Below, one piece after another: positions 20,484 to 27,992 of a DNA stretch of 64,000 nt (position 1 is its first letter; the number at the start of each line of letters is the position of its first letter). This DNA is from a virus (Duplodnaviria > Heunggongvirae > Uroviricota > Caudoviricetes), in the IMG/VR virus record IMGVR_UViG_2671180747_000017; one strand, written 5' to 3'. Both the position numbers and the translations under genes were made by a program. The notes under the pieces were generated by a model. The model was not told the DNA's origin and made no database searches. It worked only from the letters and a program-made list of their open reading frames with translations.

Positions 20484-20690
20484 TCTTGACATTCCTGTTT
20501 AACTGTGAGTCGCCTCTGGTCTCTCTTTATATATACTTCCTTAATTCCTGAGGCGTCTTTAGTCCTTGACATCCAGTCCAGCCTGTGAGTCACATCCGGT
20601 CCTCCCTCTTTATATATACTTCCTTAATTCCTAGGGTCGCCTTAATCCTTGACATCCAGTCCAGCCTGTGAGTCACATCCTGTCGCGCTA
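20484..20690. repeat. Three tandem direct repeats, period about 80-83 bp, each with TTGACAT...CTGTGAGTC; the first two also carry CTCTTTATATATACTTCCTTAATTCCT
   Basis: TTGACA at 20486, 20566, 20649; CTGTGAGTC at 20503, 20583, 20666; 27-mer at 20523 and 20606. Confidence 0.75.
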
Positions 20691-20713
20691 CTGTATGCAT
20701 CACCAGTGATGGA

Positions 20714-20736
20714 CTTGATTATCACTATAGGGGAAC
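20714..20736 (+). promoter_or_regulatory. T7-group phage RNA polymerase promoter-like site, copy 1 (predicted +1 G at 20730)
   Basis: TCACTATAGGG matches T7 consensus positions -8 to +3 exactly; upstream specificity region (ATTA) differs from T7/T3/K11/SP6; 35 bp upstream of an ORF with AGGAG RBS. Confidence 0.6.
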
Positions 20737-20764
20737 CAACTAATTCAACTACAGGAGATACTCT

Positions 20765-21133
20765 ATGGCACGACCAATCGCAACTCACGACAACACGTTC
20801 ACCAAAGCCTACTTGCAGCAGCACTGCGGGGACCTGCTGTCATTCGATGGTCAGGGCGACCTGAGTGGTTGGCTGGATGATGTCCTTACTGGTGCTGGTC
20901 GCCTGAACGAATCAATGGCAAGCAATACCAAGCCTGTCAGCCCATACTTGATTCTGACCCAACTACTAACGCACGACACATTAACTGTAAGCGCTGTACA
21001 GGAGTCCCTGAGCCGTAAGCGTGTTGCCTTGGGTGAACCTATGGTTTCAACTCGCTACGCTCGCTACGTCTATGCTACCGTCGTCAGCGCCAGTAAATCC
21101 GTCCAGTACCACGCCAGTAAAGCTGGTTCATGA
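20765..21133 (+). CDS. 122-aa protein, first gene downstream of phage-type promoter 1, unknown function
   Basis: ORF track; ACAGGAGATACTCT-ATG gives an AGGAG RBS at good spacing. Confidence 0.65.
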   Translation: MARPIATHDNTFTKAYLQQHCGDLLSFDGQGDLSGWLDDVLTGAGRLNESMASNTKPVSPYLILTQLLTHDTLTVSAVQESLSRKRVALGEPMVSTRYARYVYATVVSASKSVQYHASKAGS

Positions 21134-21142
21134 TTACGGACC

Positions 21143-21165
21143 CTAAACTATCACTATAGGGAGAC
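21143..21165 (+). promoter_or_regulatory. T7-group phage RNA polymerase promoter-like site, copy 2 (predicted +1 G at 21159)
   Basis: TCACTATAGGGAGA matches T7 consensus positions -8 to +6 (14/14); shares TATCACTATAGGG with copy 1; same strand. Confidence 0.65.
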
Positions 21166-21422
21166 CAGCCTCCGCCTCTGAGTCTGATGCGTCAGAACAT
21201 GCGAGCATCTGGTCAACCGACATTAAGTATCTCTCCTAAGTAATCAAGGCATGTGACCGCCTCTGTCAGACCTCGTGTATCGACCTCCAGCTCGTTAGCG
21301 TTCTCGTGTCTTCATTATGATTTGGGTCTATCACCGCTCACCATCTGGAAGTCCTTACAGCTCGTCCTGACATGCGGTCTCACCTTTATATGGCTGGAAG
21401 AGACCTCCTCTGTCAGACGCTA

Positions 21423-21470
21423 TCTAACCAACCCAGAAAACGGGTTTGTTAAAAAGATTAACATGGGTCT
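21423..21470. repeat. Direct repeat copy 1, about 47 bp (TCTAACCAACCCAGAAAACGGGTTTGTTAAAAAGATTAACATGGGTCT)
   Basis: Near-identical second copy at 21619-21665; contains short hairpin AACCC-AGAAAAC-GGGTT. Confidence 0.7.
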
Positions 21471-21490
21471 CCACCTTCATGAGGACCGCT

Positions 21491-21504
21491 CCGGAAATTT
21501 CCGG
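21491..21504. repeat. 14-bp perfect palindrome CCGGAAATTTCCGG between the two 47-bp repeats
   Basis: Read directly. Confidence 0.7.
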
Positions 21505-21618
21505 ACCGTGAACGGGTGGCTCTATCACAGGTCGCGAAAATGGAAACCTGCTTAACGTCCCCAAAACTGAGCAGTCACCATTCTTAACGGGTCCAAATTT
21601 GGGCGCGTTGGCGAGAAG

Positions 21619-21665
21619 TCTAACCAACCCAGAAAACGGGTTTGTTAAAAAAGTTAACATGGTCT
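21619..21665. repeat. Direct repeat copy 2, about 47 bp
   Basis: About 45 of 48 positions identical to copy 1; 196 bp spacing. Confidence 0.7.
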
Positions 21666-21793
21666 TCACACGACCTCATTACCTCAAGTCTTTCTGTATG
21701 TCTCCTGTTGCCTGTGAGTCTCCCTATCGTTGGGGGCTTGAGTAGGCTTTCAGGGTGTGACTTCAGGAGGCATAACAAAAGGAGTACAACGAT

Positions 21794-22552
21794 ATGTCAA
21801 CTCAACCCTTAATGAAGCATGAAGTAGTTCTTCCTGTCATCGTTGACGGCTATCACTGGGCCTGTAATCAGGACCGTATGTGGAACCTGAACGAGCTACA
21901 TAAAGAGCTTGAGCTTCCATCTGCTAAGGAGCCGGGTCAGTGGCGTTCTAGCGTCAGGACGCTTCTTGACCAAGATGCAAATCTGCATGTTGCTCATGGT
22001 GGTTCGACTCCGGGGACATGGGCTACTGAAGAGGCGGCTATTGCCTATGCGATGTGGGTCTCACCTGATTTCTACCTTAAGGTCATCCGTGCTTTCATCG
22101 CTTTACGTAACGACAAAGTGTCGGAAGCTAAGGCGCTGGCGCAGGACTCCAAGGAACTTAAGGGTCTCAAGCCTATAGCCCGTAACTGGCTGGAAAAGCT
22201 GGATAACCCGAAGCAGGGCCACACCCTGACAGAGTGTCTTAAGAATCTCGACTTCAGGTTAGGTACAAAGCTGGTATCAGCCAAGGCTCTTAATGCCGTA
22301 TTGAAGTCAGGGCGTATAGCTAATCCCTTCTATAGTCGCAAGCTGGACGGTCGAGGACAGCCTGTATTTGACATCTCGTCAGGTGGCTGGATGACCAGCT
22401 TCAATCCTAAGGGTCTGGAGAACGGCTATTACCGTCTTCAGGATAACCACTATAACGGTCAGGAGGGGCTTAAGGTCCTCACCAAGGGTTACGAGTGGCT
22501 TAAGTCCAACAAGGTCGAGCTGGTTCGTCTGTGCGCTAAGGGAGGACTCTAA
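21794..22552 (+). CDS. KilA-N domain protein (DNA-binding), 252 aa
   Basis: AAGGAG RBS; N-terminal ...LHVAHGGSTPGTWATEEAAIAYAMWVSPDFYLKV resembles KilA-N/APSES-type domain. Confidence 0.7.
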   Translation: MSTQPLMKHEVVLPVIVDGYHWACNQDRMWNLNELHKELELPSAKEPGQWRSSVRTLLDQDANLHVAHGGSTPGTWATEEAAIAYAMWVSPDFYLKVIRAFIALRNDKVSEAKALAQDSKELKGLKPIARNWLEKLDNPKQGHTLTECLKNLDFRLGTKLVSAKALNAVLKSGRIANPFYSRKLDGRGQPVFDISSGGWMTSFNPKGLENGYYRLQDNHYNGQEGLKVLTKGYEWLKSNKVELVRLCAKGGL

Positions 22553-22553
22553 G

Positions 22554-22721
22554 ATGATTGACCCGCGCACACCTGAGGGCCGCATGACTCTCCGTTACCG
22601 TGGCTACCGGACTGAAGTCCTCCTCAGAGAGCTTGGTCTAGACCCGGAAGATGAGACCCGCCAGCACCAATCCCGAGACGAGCTGATAGCGCAACTGGTC
22701 GCTATGAAACTGTCTGCCTAA
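22554..22721 (+). CDS. Small 55-aa protein, not in ORF track
   Basis: ATG immediately after the upstream stop (TAAGATG coupling); MIDPRTPEGRMTLRYRGYRTEVLLRELGLDPEDE...; read by eye. Confidence 0.4.
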   Translation: MIDPRTPEGRMTLRYRGYRTEVLLRELGLDPEDETRQHQSRDELIAQLVAMKLSA

Positions 22722-22817
22722 TTTTAAAACCTTTTGAGATGACCGATGCGGGGAGACCCGTAGGCGCTACTGCGTCTGCGATACCGATAGTCTCAACTCT
22801 CAAGAGGAGAATTACCT

Positions 22818-23309
22818 ATGATGTTCAACAACAACAACTGGAAGCTGTCAGTCACCGACATCAACCTTTATGAAAACACTGTGAGTCTGGACGGTCAGTC
22901 CTATCCGTTGTCGCTCGCTATCAAGACCCTGATTCCGGGCTACCTGTCAGGACTGCCGTCTACCAGCCGTGAGTCTATGGAGTTACTGGAAGCTCTGGCT
23001 GAAGCTGGTGTAGCTATTGGCAACTTCTTCAGTAATGACCTGATGACCGCCTATGGTCGCCGCCAGCAGAACAAGCGAGCTGAGGCTGAGCGTATCGCTA
23101 AAGAGCAGCGCATTCAGGCCGAGCGCATGCGTGAAGAGAACATGACTGATGCAGAGTGGCAGAAAGAGCTACAGCGCCGCGAACAGGTCAAAGCTGAACG
23201 CCGGACCTATGGTGAGAACCTCCGCAGTGCTACCCATTCCGCTGGTCGCTCCCGTGCCGCTATTGTCGCTGACCTTGAGTCAGGCGGTAACTGGCTGGAC
23301 AGCTTATAA
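22818..23309 (+). CDS. 163-aa protein with basic coiled-coil C-terminal half, unknown function
   Basis: ORF track; GAGGAG RBS; Arg/Glu/Gln-rich heptad-like segment AEAERIAKEQRIQAERMREE. Confidence 0.6.
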   Translation: MMFNNNNWKLSVTDINLYENTVSLDGQSYPLSLAIKTLIPGYLSGLPSTSRESMELLEALAEAGVAIGNFFSNDLMTAYGRRQQNKRAEAERIAKEQRIQAERMREENMTDAEWQKELQRREQVKAERRTYGENLRSATHSAGRSRAAIVADLESGGNWLDSL

Positions 23310-23393
23310 GACACACAGTCCCTGACCCGATGTTAGGGACTCCTCAGTTTTGAGGACTCACAGTATTTAAACTAATTTAGGAGATTGATTATT

Positions 23394-24380
23394 ATGACGA
23401 TTAAAGACGCTTTCCAGTTTGGCATTGAGCCAGTACGCATCACCGATACCGACAACATTCAGGTCAATGAAGGTCTGCCGACTAACGCTGACCCGCAGGT
23501 CTACGCCCTCCAGTTAGCTAAGACGGTTAAGGCTATGCTGAACGGTGTACTTAAGGACGCTCAAGAGAACATCCCGTTCCCTGTAGAAGTCCTGCCGACC
23601 CGTAACAGCTTACCGACCCCAATCATTGCCCACACTCTGACTGACCGCTCTGTGGTCGTTCCTGTCCGTGGTGGCAAGCGACCTGAAGTCGTGACCGTTC
23701 CGTCTGGACAAGAAATCGTGGTCGAACCAATCGAGCAGGCTATTCTCATCTCTGAGCAGACCAAGCTCTGGGACGCCAAGTCATCCACCGGATTCACTCA
23801 GGGCACACTTCAGCAGGACGCTATGAACATCTGTGAGAATGTGGTCCGTACCATCAACGCTCGCATGGTCGACGTTCTGGAATCCTCTAAGCTGCTGAAG
23901 ACCGTAGAGCTTCCTGTCCTGACTGGTAGCCTGACCGCTAAGGCAGACGCTATCATGGACGCTCTGTATGAGAACACAGAGTCTTCTTTCGGTTCTGAGG
24001 TGTCTGACTACGGTATTATCGCTCATGAGAGCCAACTGAAAGCACTGTCCCGTCTGGCTGCTAAGCAAGGCTTCTCCGGTGAAGACGCTATCGTCGATAT
24101 GCTGGGAACAGACATCGCCTACTACAACGGTGAAGACAAGGGTGTATTCATGCTGGCTAAACGCTTCACGGCTCTGAGCTTCGGTTGCTTCCGTCACGAT
24201 GGCGAGAATATTACGGTCGTCCTTTCACGTGATGGCGACTCTCAGTCCCACGACTTGGAAATCCTCGGTAAAGTGTTCGTTGTCGCTGAAGCTGCTACGA
24301 CCATCAAGATGGGCACTGGCTCAGCTACTGCCGTCCTGCCTGTAGTCAAACGCCTGAAGTTCACCAAGACCGAAGCGTAA
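23394..24380 (+). CDS. 328-aa protein, unknown function (largest island cargo gene)
   Basis: ATG 23394 with TAGGAG RBS (track start 23385 is TTG); no motif I can assign. Confidence 0.65.
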   Translation: MTIKDAFQFGIEPVRITDTDNIQVNEGLPTNADPQVYALQLAKTVKAMLNGVLKDAQENIPFPVEVLPTRNSLPTPIIAHTLTDRSVVVPVRGGKRPEVVTVPSGQEIVVEPIEQAILISEQTKLWDAKSSTGFTQGTLQQDAMNICENVVRTINARMVDVLESSKLLKTVELPVLTGSLTAKADAIMDALYENTESSFGSEVSDYGIIAHESQLKALSRLAAKQGFSGEDAIVDMLGTDIAYYNGEDKGVFMLAKRFTALSFGCFRHDGENITVVLSRDGDSQSHDLEILGKVFVVAEAATTIKMGTGSATAVLPVVKRLKFTKTEA

Positions 24381-24385
24381 GACCA

Positions 24386-24625
24386 ATGGGTAAGAGCATT
24401 AGTAAAGGCTTCAGGTCCATCGCCAAGGGCCTGACAGGTGGTGGTGGGACTCAAGGTGGGGCTTCGGTCCCGCCTCCTGTAGCTCCTCCTGTAGCTCCTC
24501 CAGATGACGCTCAGCAAGCTGTAGTCGATACCCAAGGTCAGGAGACCGAGGGAGGTAAGACCATGAGCAGAGGTAAGTCTGGACTGAATATCAGCAGGAC
24601 TTCAGGTGGTGGCCTGTCACTGTGA
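24386..24625 (+). CDS. 79-aa Gly/Pro-rich basic protein
   Basis: ORF track; GGGGTQGGASVPPPVAPPVAPP low-complexity; follows 328-aa gene by 5 nt. Confidence 0.45.
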   Translation: MGKSISKGFRSIAKGLTGGGGTQGGASVPPPVAPPVAPPDDAQQAVVDTQGQETEGGKTMSRGKSGLNISRTSGGGLSL

Positions 24626-24863
24626 TTAAGACATCTATACAGCCTGTGGAGGGTGGACGATATCAAGCAACAATCTGGATGACACGCAGAGTCTATAAGC
24701 GGCTATGCTGGTCACTGGCTGAAGCTGAACAGTGGGTGAGACGTAAAGTGCCTACCGTTCAATCGTTCCAATCATCATGATAACTATGGTCTGGACCAAT
24801 GGTCTGGACCTTTGTTTTGTACTAGTTATCTAGTGCAGTAGTACAATAGACGAAGGAGGCTTT

Positions 24864-25019
24864 ATGTCTATGACTTCCGCAGACCTAAGGTCCCTCCTGA
24901 CTCTGGTCTATAAACTCGTGTTCCTCTCTGTGGGTCTCTATATGGTCCTCTCCGGTCGACTCGGTGTGAATGTATTCGACACTCTGTCTAAGGCTGTGGG
25001 TGGGCTTCTGGGGGCTTAG
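24864..25019 (+). CDS. 51-aa hydrophobic membrane peptide
   Basis: Strongest RBS in the island (GAAGGAGG, 6 nt before ATG); one predicted TM helix LLTLVYKLVFLSVGLYMVLSG; read by eye, not in ORF track. Confidence 0.5.
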   Translation: MSMTSADLRSLLTLVYKLVFLSVGLYMVLSGRLGVNVFDTLSKAVGGLLGA

Positions 25020-25169
25020 GTTTGGACTCACAGTGGGACCGATGGTTTCTGACAGAAAAATGTGAATGACCATCTAATACATTAAGCCAGCAGACTTCCC
25101 CCATAGCCCGCCTCAAGTCCAGACCGAGGCCACCGGGGGGCTGACCAGCCGTCTAGACATCCCGTCTAA

Positions 25170-25200
25170 TGACACAAGGCTGACACAAAGCCTGACACAA
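25170..25200. repeat. Three direct TGACACAA arm-type repeats (11-12 bp spacing), right end of island
   Basis: TGACACAAGGCTGACACAAAGCCTGACACAA read directly. Confidence 0.7.
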
Positions 25201-25257
25201 AGTCCTTGACTCAATGCAGGACCTCAGGCCTACTAAGGGTCCGCTTCAAGTCCTTGA

Positions 25258-25268
25258 AGTTCCAGATG
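25258..25268. repeat. attR core direct repeat AGTTCCAGATG
   Basis: Identical to 18612-18622. Confidence 0.8.
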
Positions 25269-26668
25269 AACTTAATGGGCACATCCAGTTTATCTTTGCC
25301 GCGGACGCCGTCGCGGATTGCCGTCATTTGCGGACCATGATCGATAGCATCTGTCCAGCTGAAGCAGGAGATTGACATTTTGACCGGATTATCCAGCACC
25401 GGCAGGCGTTCTATGGTAATGGTATAGGTCGATTCACGCGCGCCACTATTTCCGCCGCTGATGCCGACATTGCCCGTCAAAATAGGTAACATAGCAATAG
25501 CGCGTGCAGTCAGTTCGCCGTTTGCCTGGCGTTGCGGCCCCCAGCCCTGGCAGATATAAGCGGGTTTTGCTGTGCCAATTTCACGCGCCAGTTTGATGAT
25601 ACGGTCTACCGGGATACCGGTAATTTGCGAAGCCCACTGCGGCGTTTTCGCTGTGTTATCATCACCTTCACCAAGAATATAGGCTTTATAGTGACTATTT
25701 TTGGGTGCATCTGCGGGTAAGGTTTTTTCGTCATAGCCGACGCAGTATTTATCGAGAAAAGGTTGATCAACGAGATTTTCGTTAATCAATACCCAGGCAA
25801 TACCCGCAACCAGCGCGGCATCGGTGCCCGGGCGAATAGGGAGCCATTCATCTTCACGACCAGCAGCCGTATCGGTATATCGCGGATCGATAGCAATCAT
25901 TTTGGCGTTCGATTTCTCGCGCGCTTTTTCAAGAAGATAAGTGATGCCACCGCCGCTCATGCGGGTTTCTGCCGGGTTGTTACCAAACATCACGACCAGC
26001 TTGCTGTTTTCAATATCCGTGGTGCTGTTGCCATCATTACTGCCGTAGGTGTAGGGCATGGCACAGGAAATTTGCGCGGTGCTGTAGGAGCCATACTGAT
26101 TGAGTGAACCGCCGTAGCAGTTCATCAGGCGTTTGACCGCCGAGGCTGATGGCGAAGAGCGGGTCATATTGCCGCCAACGATCCCCGAAGAGTACTGAAT
26201 ATATACAGCCTCATTGCCATATTGTTCGACGGTTTTCTTCAGGCTACTGGCGATAGTATCCAGGGCTTCATCCCAGCTAATCCGTTCGAATTTGCCTTCG
26301 CCGCGTTTGCCCACGCGTTTCATTGGGTAATTCAAGCGATCGGGATGATTAATACGCCGACGGATGGATCGACCACGCAAACAGGCGCGTACTTGATGAT
26401 TGCCATACTCGTCGCTGCCGGTGTTGTCAGTTTCCACCCAGGTGACTTCATTATCTTTAACATGTAGACGAAGTGCACAGCGGCTACCACAGTTGACGGA
26501 ACAGGCACCCCAGATCACTTTTTCGCTGGCCTGTTGTACCGCTGCCGCTGCACTGCGCAGGGTGAACGGTAAAGAAAAACCGCCTGCAGCCAGCGCCAGA
26601 GAACCTATCGCGGTTGATTTAACGAGTGTTCTGCGGCTGATGCCCACCATTCGGTCATTTTTGGACAT
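25258..26668 (-). pseudogene. ynfE: ynfE N-terminal fragment (promoter-proximal part of the disrupted gene)
   Basis: Tat signal GISRRTLVKSTAIG, CSVNCGSRC motif; colinear with ynfF to ...DVPIKFIWN, then island-derived residues and stop. Confidence 0.85.
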
Positions 26669-26866
26669 AACTCACTCCCTGTTCTTTATCGTTATATAAA
26701 TGTTTATATATTGAATATTTAGCGCGCTAACAATAGAGGGAGTCTACCCATTTTGGGTTAAGAATTATTAATCCATATCAATAGAAGGGTATGAGTAATA
26801 AGGTGGGATTATGTTGTATGTTCAAATCGCCGGATGTGTCGTATCCGGCGTTCAGTCGATAATGTA

Positions 26867-27172
26867 TTACTGCGGTTCGGCAGGCGCGCCATCCTGGGTA
26901 GACTGCGCGGGAGCAGAGACGTTACCGCTGGTGGTGCGGGTATAGAGAATTTTATGCGTATCATTAGCGCAATGGCCGACGACCTGGGAATCAGGCTGAT
27001 CAACCTGGTCATTGGGTACAATACTTAACGTGAAGCTGCTTTCGGGTACGCCATTATTGATAATGCGCTGTGATATATCGCTCTGTATGCGCTCACAGGA
27101 TCCCGGCGCGGCGAGTACCGCGGGTGAGGCGAGGGCGAGCAGAAGCGCGGCACAGCAGGTTGAGAGTTTCAT
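26867..27172 (-). CDS. ynfD: DUF1161-family secreted protein YnfD
   Basis: Start refined to MKLSTCCAALLLALASPAVLA (signal peptide) with GGAG RBS; synteny. Confidence 0.8.
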   Translation of the reverse strand: MKLSTCCAALLLALASPAVLAAPGSCERIQSDISQRIINNGVPESSFTLSIVPNDQVDQPDSQVVGHCANDTHKILYTRTTSGNVSAPAQSTQDGAPAEPQ

Positions 27173-27279
27173 CATAAGCTCCTTACGCGAAGATAACTTC
27201 TTTAAGCATAGCATTTAACGTGTAAAGTACTGTATTTGCTACTATGATTGAGAATCATCTCTACTCTCTGGTGACTGTT

Positions 27280-27990
27280 GTGAAATACAAATTACTACCA
27301 TGCTTACTCGCGATATTCCTCACAGGATGTGACCGCACAGAGGTAACACTTTCATTTACCCCTGAGATGGCCAGTTTCTCTAATGAATTCGATTTTGATC
27401 CGCTGCGTGGTCCGGTAAAAGATTTCACTCAGACATTAATGGATGAGCAAGGTGAAGTGACGAAACGTGTTTCTGGGACTTTGTCGGAAGAAGGCTGTTT
27501 TGATTCACTCGAATTACTGGATCTGGAAAATAATACCGTGGTCGCTCTGGTACTGGACGCCAATTATTACCGTGATGCCGAGACGCTGGAGAAGAGAGTA
27601 CGTTTACAGGGAAAATGCCAGCTAGCAGAATTACCTTCTGCCGGGGTGAGTTGGGAAACCGATGATAATGGCTTCGTGATTAAAGCCAGCAGCAAACAAA
27701 TGCAGATGGAATATCGCTATGATGATCAGGGTTATCCACTGGGTAAAACCACGAAAAGTAACGACAAAACATTATCTGTCAGCGCCACGCCATCAACGGA
27801 CCCGATCAAAAAATTAGATTACACAGCGGTTACTTTACTGAATAATCAACGAGTTGGTAATGTAAAACAGAGCTGTGAATATGACAGTCACGCCAATCCG
27901 GTGGACTGTCAGCTGATCATTGTTGATGAAGGAGTAAAACCCGCCGTCGAAAGGGTTTACACCATCAAAAATACGATCGATTATTATTAA
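27280..27990 (+). CDS. ynfC: Lipoprotein YnfC (UPF0257)
   Basis: GTG start giving (M)KYKLLPCLLAIFLTGC lipobox; synteny between ynfD and speG. Confidence 0.75.
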   Translation: MKYKLLPCLLAIFLTGCDRTEVTLSFTPEMASFSNEFDFDPLRGPVKDFTQTLMDEQGEVTKRVSGTLSEEGCFDSLELLDLENNTVVALVLDANYYRDAETLEKRVRLQGKCQLAELPSAGVSWETDDNGFVIKASSKQMQMEYRYDDQGYPLGKTTKSNDKTLSVSATPSTDPIKKLDYTAVTLLNNQRVGNVKQSCEYDSHANPVDCQLIIVDEGVKPAVERVYTIKNTIDYY

Positions 27991-27992
27991 TG

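Larger units (their letters stand above)
18612..25268. mobile_element. 6.65-kb integrative island inserted in ynfE: integrase, arm-type repeats, tandem repeats, T7-type promoters, about eight small genes
   Basis: Bounded by 11-bp direct repeat AGTTCCAGATG (18612-18622 and 25258-25268); joining the flanks restores a continuous ynfE frame (...KFIWNYAGN...). Confidence 0.85.

Noticed and set aside
20484-20690. TTGACA hexamers in the tandem repeats as three sigma70 promoters
   Set aside because: No acceptable -10 hexamer at 16-19 bp spacing (best candidate GTCACA); kept as repeats only.
20765-21133. Possible relationship of the 122-aa protein to T7 Ocr (gene 0.3) because of its position and an N-terminal N-x-F-x-x-A-Y resemblance
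   Set aside because: Similarity is a few residues only and the protein is not strongly acidic like Ocr; position-based analogy is not evidence of homology.
21253-21669. ORFs 21253..21555 (+) and 21424..21669 (-) in the island
   Set aside because: Both use GTG starts without RBSs and run through the 47-bp direct repeats and palindrome; region treated as non-coding.
23394-24380. Calling the island 328-aa protein a T7-type major capsid protein
   Set aside because: Compared by eye with my recollection of T7 gp10 and saw no convincing shared motifs; left as unknown.
23561-24535. Minus-strand ORFs within the island cargo genes
   Set aside because: Antisense, no RBS, overlap better-supported plus-strand genes.
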